From: Gammaproteobacteria bacterium
Lineage (GTDB): Bacteria; Pseudomonadota; Gammaproteobacteria; Natronospirales; JAIVGZ01
Direction: 5' to 3'
DNA: 64,000 nucleotides
Assembly (NCBI GenBank): GCA_040882865.1
Contig: JBBEAN010000014.1
Location: 26,565 to 90,564 of the forward strand
Both the position numbers and the translations under genes were made by a program. Positions 43,561 to 53,308 of the stretch are shown here, one piece after another. Below the pieces are notes generated by a model. It saw only the letters and a program-made list of their open reading frames with translations. It did no database searches and was not told the DNA's origin. Each line of letters begins with the position of its first letter. The first letter of the stretch is position 1.

Positions 43561-44571
43561 ATGGCCCCGGGCTACACATTGACGGAGCGCGCGCCGCTCG
43601 CCGCGCTGAATACCCTGCGCATTGCGGTCCACGCCGAGTGCCTCGTGCAGCTCCACGACCCCGATGCATTGCCCGGTGTGCTCGCCTTGCCTGCGGTCCG
43701 CGACGGGCTGCTCGTCCTTGGGGATGGCAGCAATGTGCTGCTCACGCGCGACGTGCCGGGCGTCGTCCTCACCATCCGGCACGACGCGGTCGAGCCGCTC
43801 GCCGACGGACACGTACGCGTGGGTGCCGGCGTGAACTGGCATCGCTTCGTGCACTGGTCGATCGCGCACGGATTCACGGGCCTCGAGAACCTCGCACTGA
43901 TTCCAGGAACCGTCGGCGCGGCGCCCATCCAGAACATCGGCGCGTATGGCACGGAGCTCGCGGAGTTCGTGCACACGGTCCGTGCGTTCGACCGTGAGCG
44001 CCGTGCATGGACGATTTTGTCGGCCACCGACTGCGCGTTCGCGTATCGAGATTCCGTCTTCAAGCGGGTGCCGGAGCGGTTCGTCGTCGCCGCAGTCGAA
44101 TTCGTGCTGCCGCGCGACCGGCCGCTGCAACTCGACTACGCGGGGCTGCGCGACGAGCTCACGACGATGGCGATCGACGCGCCGACTGCGGCCGACGTCG
44201 CCCAAGCGGTGGAGCGCATTCGGCGGCGTAAGCTGCCCGACCCCGCGCACATCGGCAACGCAGGCAGCTTCTTCAAGAACCCGACGGTGTCCGGCGTGCG
44301 CGCGCAGAGCCTGCTCACCAACCACCCGGCGATGCCTCATTGGCCTGGCGCCGACGGCAAGGTGAAGCTCTCGGCCGCGTGGCTCATCGAGCGCTGTGGC
44401 TACAAGGGCGCGCGAGACGGCGATGCCGGCATCGCGGACACACACGCGCTCGTGCTCGTGAACCACGGTCGCGCGAGCGGTGCGCAGCTTTGGGCGTTCG
44501 CGCAGCGGGTGCAGCGCGGAGTCGAGAAGGAATTCGGGGTCAGGCTCGAGCCGGAGCCCCGGGTGGTCTAG
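43561..44571 (+). CDS. murB: UDP-N-acetylenolpyruvoylglucosamine reductase
   Basis: 336 aa. LGDGSNVL, GLENLALIPGTVGAAPIQNIGAYG and GNAGSFFKNP align with E. coli MurB. Confidence 0.92.
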   Translation: MAPGYTLTERAPLAALNTLRIAVHAECLVQLHDPDALPGVLALPAVRDGLLVLGDGSNVLLTRDVPGVVLTIRHDAVEPLADGHVRVGAGVNWHRFVHWSIAHGFTGLENLALIPGTVGAAPIQNIGAYGTELAEFVHTVRAFDRERRAWTILSATDCAFAYRDSVFKRVPERFVVAAVEFVLPRDRPLQLDYAGLRDELTTMAIDAPTAADVAQAVERIRRRKLPDPAHIGNAGSFFKNPTVSGVRAQSLLTNHPAMPHWPGADGKVKLSAAWLIERCGYKGARDGDAGIADTHALVLVNHGRASGAQLWAFAQRVQRGVEKEFGVRLEPEPRVV

Positions 44572-46877
44572 CGCGCGGCGGACCGTGCGGCTTCCAGCAC
44601 GCGCTCGTCACTCGGCAACACAAGATTGGCGGCGCCCGCGAGCGGGATATAACTGTCTTCCCCGCAAATTCGGGAAAGGTGGCGAAGCGGCTTGCGGCAG
44701 TGCTCCTTAAGGCTGGTGAATATTTGCTCACTGAGGCCGCCGGTCCGCCGTCCCTCATCAACGACCAGTACCTTGCCGACCGCATCGGCATGTTCGGCGA
44801 GCCAAGCGTCATTCAGCGGCTTCAGCCAGCGCAGATCGAGAACACGGGTGTGTTTGCCGCTCTCTGCTTCAAGCTTCTTGGCCGCGCGCAACGCCATCAA
44901 CACCCCATTACCGTACGTGATGATGAGGAGGTCGGTCGCGTCGGGGTGGTAGACACGACCTTCGCCGAGCGGTATCGCGCGGTCGGGCGTCGGGTAGTCG
45001 AACAGCCACGCCCCGTCTTTTGGCTCGTGCAGGTCCTTCGTCATGTACAGCGCGATGGGTTCCATGAACGCTGCGACGCGTCCGTCGACGCGCGCGAGTG
45101 CCGCGCAGGTACGCAGCATCATCGCCGCATCATCACCGCGCGATGGGCACGCGACGACCAGGCCCGGGATGTCACGCAGCGCGGTGAAGCTGTTGTCATT
45201 GTGGAAGTGACCGCCGAACCCTTTCTGGTAACCGAGCGACGCGATGCGCATCACCATCGGGTTCGAGAACTGGCCATTCGAGAAAAACTGCAGCGACGCG
45301 GCCTCGCCACGAATCTGGTCGCACGCATTGTGAAAATACGCGAGGTACTGGATCTCCGGAAACGGCAGCAGACCTGCGTACGCGGCACCCTGCGCGATGC
45401 CGAGGATGGTCTGCTCGTCAAGCAGCGTGTTGAACACGCGCCCGCCGCGGAACTGGTTCATCAATCCGGTGGTCACTGTGTACACGCCACCCTTGCGCGC
45501 GACATCCTCGCCGAACAGCGTCATCTCCGGGTACTTGACCATCAGGTCAGCGAGCGCGCGGTTGATCTGCAGCGCAAGGTGACGCGGTGGGGCATTCTCA
45601 GGGAGCTGTGCATCGCCGCCGAACTGCGCGATGCGTGCCGCCTGGTCATCGGCGCGCGTTGCTTCGGCGTTCACCGCGGTCGCGTGGTACGGCGCGAGCG
45701 GTGCCATGACCTGCTCGGCCGTCGCGATTTTCGGCTGCGCCGCAGCCTTGCGCGCTGCCGCTCGAACGCGCTCACGCGTCGCCTCGTACATCGCCAATAT
45801 CTGTTCACGCGTGTGGATACCGTTCGCGAGCGCATACGCGGCTGAGCGCAGCAAAGGGTCCTGTGCCTCGTCGGATTCCACCTCATCGACCGGGCGGTAC
45901 TCGATCTCGACGTCGGTACCGGCGTGGCCCATCAGCCGCTTCAGTTGCAGATGCAGGAACACCGGCATGCGGCGCTCTCGGCACACACGTACAGCGTCGG
46001 TGGTCGCGCGCCACGTATCGGCGAGGTCGAGCCCATCCGCCCCGATGTAATGCAAGCCGACGCGGTTCGAGAAATTCGCACCGACCCAACCGCCGGGCGA
46101 GCGGACCGAAATCCCGATGCCGTTGTCCTCGCACACGAACAGCACGGGGCAGGGTAGACGCTGGTACGCGGTATGCGCGGCTGCGTTGAACGCACCCGCG
46201 GCGGTGGAGTGGTTCGTGCTCGCGTCGCCGAAGCTGCACACCACAATGGCGTCGGGCGGAAACTTCGGCGCGGCTTTCAGGCGCTTGGCCTGTTCGATTG
46301 AAATCGCGGTACCGACGGCTTTCGGCAGATGCGACGCAATCGTCGACGTCTGCGGCAGCACCCACAGCGGCACGCTGCCCCAGACCTTGTGGCGGCCGCC
46401 GGAAATCGGGTCATCGGCGCTCGCGGCGAGCGACAACGCCGTGTCGTACACGAGGTCGATGCCATCGACCTTGCGCGCGCGCTCCATCATGAACGCGCCC
46501 GAACGGTAATGGAGGAACGCCGGATCGGTGTGGCGAGTCAGCCGGCCGACGACAGCGTTGCCCTCGTGGCCCGAGCTGCCGATTGTGTAGAAGCCCTCGT
46601 TGCGGATGCGCATCTCGCGCGCTTCGAGGTCGATGTGGCGGGATAAGATCTGGGACTCGAACAGCTCGATGAAGTCATCGCGGCGCAAAGGCGCCGCTCC
46701 TACATTGGGCGCAACTGTGTGAGCGGCGCCTGTAGGAGCGGCGCCTTTGCGCCGCGATTCACTTGGCACCCACGCTTGAACAAAAGCCGTGAAATTCCGG
46801 TCGATGATTTCTGCACGATTGAAGCCGCGCGTGGCGGCTTTCGCGAGGCTGGGCGCGTGGCGCGGCGTCGGGGCCAT
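44568..46877 (-). CDS. TPP-dependent 2-oxoacid dehydrogenase E1 component, fused alpha/beta subunits; REP2 pair within the 5' coding region
   Basis: 769 aa. E1-alpha-like region (GSSGHEGN, FGDASTN, VCEDNGIGIS) then a transketolase-like beta region. ATG 46877 overlaps the gcdH stop (TGATG), which supports this start. Confidence 0.8.
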   Translation of the reverse strand: MAPTPRHAPSLAKAATRGFNRAEIIDRNFTAFVQAWVPSESRRKGAAPTGAAHTVAPNVGAAPLRRDDFIELFESQILSRHIDLEAREMRIRNEGFYTIGSSGHEGNAVVGRLTRHTDPAFLHYRSGAFMMERARKVDGIDLVYDTALSLAASADDPISGGRHKVWGSVPLWVLPQTSTIASHLPKAVGTAISIEQAKRLKAAPKFPPDAIVVCSFGDASTNHSTAAGAFNAAAHTAYQRLPCPVLFVCEDNGIGISVRSPGGWVGANFSNRVGLHYIGADGLDLADTWRATTDAVRVCRERRMPVFLHLQLKRLMGHAGTDVEIEYRPVDEVESDEAQDPLLRSAAYALANGIHTREQILAMYEATRERVRAAARKAAAQPKIATAEQVMAPLAPYHATAVNAEATRADDQAARIAQFGGDAQLPENAPPRHLALQINRALADLMVKYPEMTLFGEDVARKGGVYTVTTGLMNQFRGGRVFNTLLDEQTILGIAQGAAYAGLLPFPEIQYLAYFHNACDQIRGEAASLQFFSNGQFSNPMVMRIASLGYQKGFGGHFHNDNSFTALRDIPGLVVACPSRGDDAAMMLRTCAALARVDGRVAAFMEPIALYMTKDLHEPKDGAWLFDYPTPDRAIPLGEGRVYHPDATDLLIITYGNGVLMALRAAKKLEAESGKHTRVLDLRWLKPLNDAWLAEHADAVGKVLVVDEGRRTGGLSEQIFTSLKEHCRKPLRHLSRICGEDSYIPLAGAANLVLPSDERVLEAARSAAR
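46677..46758. repeat. Inverted pair of REP2 units
   Basis: ATCGCGGCGCAAAGGCGCCGCTCCTACA (46677-46704) and its exact reverse complement (46731-46758). Confidence 0.9.
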
Positions 46878-48037
46878 CAGAATGCGTTGTGGCCGGTCAA
46901 CGCCTTGCCGACCACCAGCTCATGCACGGTCTCGGTCCCCTCGTAGGTAATCACGCTCTCGAGATTCAGCGCGTGGCGGATCGGCGAGTATTCGACACTG
47001 ATGCCTGCGCCGCCGAGGATGTCGCGCGCGTCGCGCGCGATGTCGATCGCCATGCGCACGTTGTTCCACTTCGCCATCGACACCTGATCGGGCTTCAGCT
47101 TACCGGCGTCCTTCAGGCGACCGAGCTGGAGAGACATCAGCTGCGCGCTGGTGATACGCCGCGACATGTCCGCCATGCGCCGCTGTACGGTCTGTGTGCG
47201 GTTCAGCGGGCGTCCGAACAGCTCGCGCGTCTCGGTGTAGTCGAGCACTTCCTTCAGGCACGCTTGCGCGGCGCCGATCGCACCCCACGTGATGCCGTAG
47301 CGCGCCTGCGTGAGGCACGACAGCGGGCCCTTGAGGCCGGTCACGTCCGGCAACACGCCCGACGCTGGAATCCGCACGTTGTCGAAAAACAGCGATGAGG
47401 TGACCGACGCGCGCAGCGACATCTTGTGCTTGATTTCCGGCGCCGAGAATCCGTCCATTCCCTTCTCGACGAGAAAGCCCTTCACGCCATCGTCGGTCTG
47501 CGCCCAGACAACGGCGACATCAGCGATCGTGCCGTTCGTGATCCACATTTTCGCGCCGTTGAGAATCCAATCGTCACCGTCCTTCTTCGCGAAGGTTTTC
47601 ATGTTCGACGGATCGGAGCCGCCGTGCGGCTCGGTCAGCCCGAAGCAGCCGATCGCCTCGCCGCGCGCCATCGCCGGCAACCAGCGCTGCTTCTGTTCGT
47701 CTGAGCCGAACGCGTGGATCGGATACATCACGAGGCTTGACTGGACCGACACGAAGCTGCGGATACCGCTGTCGCCGCGCTCGAGCTCCTGGCAGATGAG
47801 GCCGTAGCTGACGCCGTTCAGACCAGCGCACTCGTAACCGTCGATAGACGAGCCGAGCAGGCCGAGGGCCGCGATTTCGGGCACCAGTTCGGCCGGGAAG
47901 CGACCGTGTTCGAAGCATTCCCCGATGATCGGCAGCACCTTGTCGTCGACGAAGCGCGCAACCGTGTCCTGCACCATCTGCTCATCGTCGGACAGCAGAC
48001 CGCGAACGTCGTAAAAGTCCATCGGGTTGATCGTCAT
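46877..48037 (-). CDS. gcdH: Glutaryl-CoA dehydrogenase-type acyl-CoA dehydrogenase
   Basis: 386 aa. GCFGLTEPHGGSDP, WITNG and the terminal YEGTETVHELVVGKALTG pattern. Confidence 0.85.
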   Translation of the reverse strand: MTINPMDFYDVRGLLSDDEQMVQDTVARFVDDKVLPIIGECFEHGRFPAELVPEIAALGLLGSSIDGYECAGLNGVSYGLICQELERGDSGIRSFVSVQSSLVMYPIHAFGSDEQKQRWLPAMARGEAIGCFGLTEPHGGSDPSNMKTFAKKDGDDWILNGAKMWITNGTIADVAVVWAQTDDGVKGFLVEKGMDGFSAPEIKHKMSLRASVTSSLFFDNVRIPASGVLPDVTGLKGPLSCLTQARYGITWGAIGAAQACLKEVLDYTETRELFGRPLNRTQTVQRRMADMSRRITSAQLMSLQLGRLKDAGKLKPDQVSMAKWNNVRMAIDIARDARDILGGAGISVEYSPIRHALNLESVITYEGTETVHELVVGKALTGHNAF

Positions 48038-48077
48038 GGCGGGCGATTATACCTCGGGTTGGTGTATCGTTTGGGGC

Positions 48078-49370
48078 GTGAAAGTTCCTGAAATACTTGT
48101 CATCGAATCGCAGCACCGGACGGGCAGCCTCGCGAAAATCTGCCAGGCCTGCGCGGACGCGGGCCTCGTCATCGAAAACCTGGTCGCTATCCGGCGCGAC
48201 CAGGACAAGACCATCTGGGAGTTGACGCTCGAACTCGACGAAGACGTCGCGAGCGACGTCGTCGAACGTATCAACGCGCTGCCGACTGCGCAGGTGCTGG
48301 GTACGTCCGACCGCGTGTTCAATCGGCACCGAGGAGGGAAGATCAAAACGGTCGCGCGGCACTCCGTCGAGACGCTGCAAGAACTACGCGACCTTTACAC
48401 ACCCGGCGTCGCGCGCGTGTGCCTTGCGATCAAAGCCGACCAGGCGAAGGCGTGGGAGTTCACGAACTTGCCCAACACGGTCGCGATCATCACGAATGGA
48501 ACCGCGGTGCTCGGGCTCGGGGACATCGGGCCGCTCGCCGGATTGCCGGTGATGGAGGGTAAAGCGGCGCTGATGGCGAACTTGGCCGGGCTCTCCGGCG
48601 TGCCAATCCTGATTGACGAGGACGATCCTCAGAAAATCATCGAGACCGTCATGGCGATCGCGCCGAGTTTCGGCGCGATCCAGCTCGAGGATTTCCGAGC
48701 GCCCGAGTGCTTCGAAATAGAGCGCGAACTCGTCGCACGTTTGAAAATGCCGGTGATGCACGACGACCAGCACGGGACCGCCGTCGTCGCATTGGCCGCA
48801 GTGCTGTCCGCGATGCGGCGTGGCGACCGCGAGCTCGGCGACTGCGTCGTCGGGCAGATTGGGCTCGGCGCGGCTGGCATCGGCATCACGCGGCTGCTGC
48901 TTCAGCGCGGCGTGAAGCGCGTGCTTGGCACCGACCTGAGCGCCGGTGCGGTCGCGCGCCTTGAGGCGCTCGGCGGTCGCGGCCGCACGCTCGATGAACT
49001 GATGGCCGAAGCGGACGTCGTGATCGCAACGACCGGTGTGCGCGGGCTGATCAAGCCGGAGATGGTGCGTCCCGGCCAGATGATTTTTGCGCTGTCGAAC
49101 CCGGAGCCCGAGATCGAGCCGCGCATCGCGCTCGCACAGGGCGCTGCGTTCGCGGCCGACGGGCGCGCGATCAACAACATCCTCGGGTTTCCTGGCATTT
49201 TCCGCGGCGCGCTCGACGCGCACGCGACACGGATCACGGACGCGATGCTGTTTGCGGCCGTGCAGGCGCTCGTGGACGCGGTGGAGGGCGAGGAACTGGT
49301 GCCGGATTGCCTGAATCCGGCCGTGCATCGGCGGGTGGCCGACGCCGTCAAACTGGCCGCGGCGACTTAA
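48078..49370 (+). CDS. NAD(P)-dependent malic enzyme with N-terminal ACT-like domain
   Basis: LYTPGVA, VAIITNGTAVLGLGDIGP.AG.PVMEGKA and GLGAAGIG motifs. GTG 48078 chosen to avoid overlapping the divergent gcdH start (track start 48027). Confidence 0.85.
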   Translation: MKVPEILVIESQHRTGSLAKICQACADAGLVIENLVAIRRDQDKTIWELTLELDEDVASDVVERINALPTAQVLGTSDRVFNRHRGGKIKTVARHSVETLQELRDLYTPGVARVCLAIKADQAKAWEFTNLPNTVAIITNGTAVLGLGDIGPLAGLPVMEGKAALMANLAGLSGVPILIDEDDPQKIIETVMAIAPSFGAIQLEDFRAPECFEIERELVARLKMPVMHDDQHGTAVVALAAVLSAMRRGDRELGDCVVGQIGLGAAGIGITRLLLQRGVKRVLGTDLSAGAVARLEALGGRGRTLDELMAEADVVIATTGVRGLIKPEMVRPGQMIFALSNPEPEIEPRIALAQGAAFAADGRAINNILGFPGIFRGALDAHATRITDAMLFAAVQALVDAVEGEELVPDCLNPAVHRRVADAVKLAAAT

Positions 49371-49408
49371 GGGGTCAGAACAAAGTACCGGTACTTTGTT
49401 CTGACCCC
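49371..49408. repeat. Perfect 38-nt REP1 palindrome between convergent genes
   Basis: GGGGTCAGAACAAAGTACCGGTACTTTGTTCTGACCCC starts 1 nt after the malic enzyme stop and ends 5 nt before the DUF962 gene stop. Confidence 0.9.
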
Positions 49409-49413
49409 TGCTG

Positions 49414-49878
49414 TTAAATGCCGAGACGTTTGTAGGCGTCGTCGAGCAGCCAGGCGGGGCCGATGAGCAGGAACTGCAGGTCTTTGAAAAACGACGGCTT
49501 TTTGCCTTCGACCTGATGGCCGACAAATTGTCCAATCCAAGCGCCGACGAACACGACGAGCGCGATCGCCCAGACCGGCACCGGTGCCGCGCGGTGGAGC
49601 CAGTCAATCACCAGGAACATCGCGAGCGCAATCAGTGCCATACCGAGCGCGTGCTTCGGCGAAAGCACGACGTAGTATGCGAACGCGGCGGCCATGAGCA
49701 GGGTTGCCCAGTTCAGCCAGGTTCCAACTGCCGCAAATACCCCGGGCACCGGCACCACCCAGAGCAACGCGAGCACGCTGAACAGGATCAGCGGTACGCA
49801 AATCCAGTGGATGGCCTTGTTGGTCGGATTTCGGTGGCTGTCGCCGTACTCCGCCAGCCATTGGTCCATGGTCTTCAT
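49414..49878 (-). CDS. DUF962 (Mpo1/YGL010w-like) membrane protein
   Basis: MDQWLAEYGDSHRNPTNKAIHWICVP motif. 154 aa. Confidence 0.8.
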   Translation of the reverse strand: MKTMDQWLAEYGDSHRNPTNKAIHWICVPLILFSVLALLWVVPVPGVFAAVGTWLNWATLLMAAAFAYYVVLSPKHALGMALIALAMFLVIDWLHRAAPVPVWAIALVVFVGAWIGQFVGHQVEGKKPSFFKDLQFLLIGPAWLLDDAYKRLGI

Positions 49879-49898
49879 GGCTCGAATTTAGCACGGCG

Positions 49899-50432
49899 GT
49901 GGCGCTTGCTACACTCCGGGCGGTGAGCCTGATTACCCGACTGTCGCGCCTCAAGTTCATCCCGCAGAACAAGCGGCTCGAGTGGTATCCGCCGTTCCTG
50001 GTCATGCGGATCACGGTCCTCGAACTCACGCCGGACTGGCGGACGGTTCGAATCCGGCTGCCGCTCAACACGTTCTCGACCAATCCCGGCGGGGTGATGT
50101 TCGGCGGTTACCAGGCGTCGCTCGCCGACCCAATCGCCGCAATCGCCTGCGCGCGGGTGTTCCCGGGCCACTCGGTCTGGACGCGGGGGCTGACGCTCGA
50201 GTTCCTGAGGGGCGGCTCGACCGATCTGGAGCTCCGGTTCACGTTCCCGGCCGAGCAGGAAGCCGCGATCCGGCAGGAGCTCGACGAGCGCGGCCGTGCG
50301 ACCCCGGTGTTCGAATATGGCTACTACCTTGCCGACGGCACGCAGTGCACCCACATCCTGAATACGGTCGCCATCCGGCCGAAGGGCTATCGCAAGGCGA
50401 CGACGCCGCCTGCGGATCCGAAAGATCTCTGA
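49899..50432 (+). CDS. Hotdog-fold thioesterase-like protein (tentative)
   Basis: NPGGVMFGGYQASLADP core. GTG start. Confidence 0.55.
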   Translation: MALATLRAVSLITRLSRLKFIPQNKRLEWYPPFLVMRITVLELTPDWRTVRIRLPLNTFSTNPGGVMFGGYQASLADPIAAIACARVFPGHSVWTRGLTLEFLRGGSTDLELRFTFPAEQEAAIRQELDERGRATPVFEYGYYLADGTQCTHILNTVAIRPKGYRKATTPPADPKDL

Positions 50433-50484
50433 GCGTGCGGCACCGCACGGAGCCGGCCCACCGCGGGCAGGCACAATCCAGCCC

Positions 50485-51147
50485 ATGAAAAAACAACTGA
50501 TTACCTTATTGAGTGCGTCTGCGTTGCTCGCGGCGTGCACCACGTTCGACCCGTACACCGGTGAGCGTCAAACCTCGACCGCAATCAAAGGCAGCGCGAT
50601 CGGCGGCATCATCGGCGCAATTGCCGGTGCGGCGACCGGCGATGACGCGACCGAGCGACGCCAGCGCGCGTTGATCGGCCTTGGCGTGGGCGCCCTGAGT
50701 GGCGCGGCGGTCGGCGCGTATATGGACCGACAGGAAGCGGCGCTGCGCGCCGAGTTGCAGGGCACCGGCGTCAGCGTGACGCGTGAGGGTGACAATGTGA
50801 CCCTGAACATGCCGGGTAACGTGACGTTCCAGACCGACAACGCCGACCTGCAATCGCAGTTCTTCGGCGTGCTCGACTCGGTCGCCAAGGTGCTGAAGGA
50901 ATACGAGAGCACCGTCGTCCGCGTTGAGGGCCATACCGACAGTACCGGCACGCGCGCGCACAACCAGGCGCTGTCCGAACGTCGTGCGAGCACCGTCGCG
51001 ACCTACCTTTTCAACCGCGGCGTGAAGCAGGACCGGTTCCTCGCCATCGGCTACGGCCCGGACCAGCCGATTGCCTCGAACTCGACCGAAGACGGTCGTC
51101 AGGCTAACCGGCGCGTCGAAATCACGCTGGTACCCGTCACGCGGTAA
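50485..51147 (+). CDS. OmpA-family lipoprotein with glycine-zipper region
   Basis: Lipobox LAAC, glycine zipper GSAIGGIIGAIAGAATG, and an OmpA_C body (VEGHTDSTG...NQALSERRA...NRRVEI). Confidence 0.9.
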   Translation: MKKQLITLLSASALLAACTTFDPYTGERQTSTAIKGSAIGGIIGAIAGAATGDDATERRQRALIGLGVGALSGAAVGAYMDRQEAALRAELQGTGVSVTREGDNVTLNMPGNVTFQTDNADLQSQFFGVLDSVAKVLKEYESTVVRVEGHTDSTGTRAHNQALSERRASTVATYLFNRGVKQDRFLAIGYGPDQPIASNSTEDGRQANRRVEITLVPVTR

Positions 51148-51162
51148 GCCGCCAGGGGCCGC

Positions 51163-52161
51163 GTGCTTAACACCGGTCAATTTGTCCGCCGCACGCTGAT
51201 CGTCTTCGCGATTGCAGTCGCGTTACTCGCGCTGTGGCAGTTGTCCGGGTTCCTTGTGATGGTGTTCGGCGGCCTCGTGGTCGCCGTCATCATTCGTGCC
51301 GGCGGCGACCTCGTCGCCCGGTATCTTCCGTTCATGCAACCCCGCTGGGGCGCGATGCTGTTCGTCGTGATCGCATTCGCATTGCTCGGGGCGCTGTCGA
51401 TGTTCACGGGCGACGAAATCGCCAAGCAGTTCGGCGAACTGCGGGAACGCCTACCAGAGGCGATCGCGACCGTGCGCACCTGGCTCGAATCGAGTGAATT
51501 CGGTCGCTTCTTCATGCAGGCATTCGAGGGGGCGAAGGACGAGGGTGTCTCCGCGAGCGATGCGGTGAAGACCGCCTCGGCGACGGTCGGCGCCGTATCG
51601 CATGCCTTCATCGTGTTCCTCATTGCGCTGTACCTGAGCTTCGGCCCCGCGCCGTACATCAACGGCTTCGTCGCGCTGGTTCCGGATTCCCTGCAGGCCG
51701 ACGCGCGCGCCGCATTCGAGGTGTCGGGCCAGGCGCTGCGCGGTTGGCTGCTCGGCCAGGGCGTCGCGATGCTCGCCGTGGGCGTACTCACCTATATAGG
51801 CCTCTGGATTGCCGGCGTCCCGCTCGCGTTCATCCTTGGCATCATCGCCGGCCTGCTCGAATTCATTCCGGTGCTTGGCCCGTTTCTCGCCGCGATCCCA
51901 GGCCTGCTCCTCGCGTTCACCGTCGGCCCGACGACTGCGCTCTATGCGTTGATTGTCTACCTGACCGTGCAGCAGCTCGAGAGCATCGCCATCACTCCGC
52001 TCGCCCAGAAATGGTCGGTCGAGTTGCCGCCTGCGCTGTGTCTGTTCGCGATTGTCGTGTTCGGGGTTCTGTTCGGCATCCCCGGGATGGTGTTTGCGAC
52101 ACCGCTTACGGTGGTCCTCATGGCGCTCGTGAAGCGGTTCCACACCGACCGGCCGGTCTGA
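51163..52161 (+). CDS. AI-2E family transporter (PerM/UPF0118)
   Basis: 332 aa polytopic protein with the LEFIPVLGP family motif. GTG start. Confidence 0.8.
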   Translation: MLNTGQFVRRTLIVFAIAVALLALWQLSGFLVMVFGGLVVAVIIRAGGDLVARYLPFMQPRWGAMLFVVIAFALLGALSMFTGDEIAKQFGELRERLPEAIATVRTWLESSEFGRFFMQAFEGAKDEGVSASDAVKTASATVGAVSHAFIVFLIALYLSFGPAPYINGFVALVPDSLQADARAAFEVSGQALRGWLLGQGVAMLAVGVLTYIGLWIAGVPLAFILGIIAGLLEFIPVLGPFLAAIPGLLLAFTVGPTTALYALIVYLTVQQLESIAITPLAQKWSVELPPALCLFAIVVFGVLFGIPGMVFATPLTVVLMALVKRFHTDRPV

Positions 52162-52249
52162 GTCCGCGCAGGACCATAATCAATCTGGGCAGGGCCATAA
52201 GTCGGCTCGCGGCTGAGAAACAGTCTAATGGTGTAATATCGCCAAGCTC

Positions 52250-53308
52250 ATGCGCAGACTTATCGTTGTTATCGCCCTCGCCCTGATCGTTGCACTCACC
52301 TGGTGGTGGACCGGTCGCGATGATGAGCCCGTGACCGCCGGCCCGAGCCAAGGCGCGGCGCCCGTTGTGCTCGTGCAACCGCTCACCCGACGCGAATTTG
52401 CCGATGAAACGCAGGCGCTCGGCACGACCCGGGCGGCGGAGTCGGTCGACATCACGGCGCGGGTCACGAACGTAATCACGGAGATCCATTTCGGCGAGGG
52501 TCAGTTCGTCCAGGCGGGCGCGGTGCTCGCCGACCTCGAGAGCAGTGAGGCGCGAGCGGATTACGCGGCGGCCCAGGCGGCATTGGTCGAGAGCCGAGGC
52601 CAATACACGCGTTCACGGGAGCTGTTTCGCACAAGTGCCGTGTCCGAATCCCAGGTGGAGCAGCTGCAAGCGCAAATGCGTGCCAACGAGGCCGCGCTCG
52701 CGGCCGCGGAAGCACGGGTCGCCGACCACCGCATCCGCGCGCCGTTTGCGGGCCGCGTCGGTCTCCGCCGCGTCAGCCTCGGGGCGCTGGTCAGCCCCGG
52801 CACGGTAATCACGACGCTCGACGACCTCAGCACCATCCTGCTCGATTTTGACGTACCGGAAACGCACATGGCCGCCATCGAAGCGCGTCAGACGCTGACG
52901 GCGCGCAGCGCCGCTTATCCGGACGTCGCGTTCGAGGGTGTTGTCGAGACCGTCGACTCGCGCGTGGATCCGCAGACACGCGCCGTGCGCGTGCGCGCGC
53001 GGCTGCCGAACGAGCTTGGGCTGCTGCGGCCCGGCATGTTCATGACGGTACGCGTGTTGCGCGCGTCGACGCCGTTGCTCTTGGTGCCGGAGCAGGCGCT
53101 CGTGCCGCGCCAGGATCGCCAATACCTGTTCGTCGTCGAAGACGGCGTCGTGCGGGAAGTCGAAGTCGAAGTCGGGCGGCGTGTGCCGGGCTATGCCGAG
53201 ATTGTCGCAGGCGCGGACGAAGGCGACGCCGTAATCATCGAGGGCACCCAACACGTGCGTGACGGGGCCGCGGTCCAAGCGCGACCGTGGCAGGAACCGC
53301 GTCGGTGA
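52250..53308 (+). CDS. RND efflux periplasmic adaptor (MFP)
   Basis: 352 aa with TM/signal, coiled-coil hairpin and RAPFAGRVG lipoyl-like motif. Confidence 0.88.
   Translation: MRRLIVVIALALIVALTWWWTGRDDEPVTAGPSQGAAPVVLVQPLTRREFADETQALGTTRAAESVDITARVTNVITEIHFGEGQFVQAGAVLADLESSEARADYAAAQAALVESRGQYTRSRELFRTSAVSESQVEQLQAQMRANEAALAAAEARVADHRIRAPFAGRVGLRRVSLGALVSPGTVITTLDDLSTILLDFDVPETHMAAIEARQTLTARSAAYPDVAFEGVVETVDSRVDPQTRAVRVRARLPNELGLLRPGMFMTVRVLRASTPLLLVPEQALVPRQDRQYLFVVEDGVVREVEVEVGRRVPGYAEIVAGADEGDAVIIEGTQHVRDGAAVQARPWQEPRR

Noticed and set aside
43525-44466. N-terminal ~300 aa of the 434-aa minus-strand ORF 43162-44466
   Set aside because: This part is antisense to murB, whose identity is unambiguous. 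Only the last 120 codons (43162-43524, with their own ATG) lie outside murB and were kept.
44340-45845. 501-aa plus-strand ORF overlapping the E1 dehydrogenase gene
   Set aside because: It is antisense to a CDS with clear TPP-enzyme motifs, and its translation is Arg-rich with no domain.
48384-49607. 407-aa minus-strand ORF across the malic enzyme gene and the REP1 palindrome
   Set aside because: It is antisense to the malic enzyme, reads through a repeat element and into the DUF962 gene frame region, and has shadow-ORF composition.
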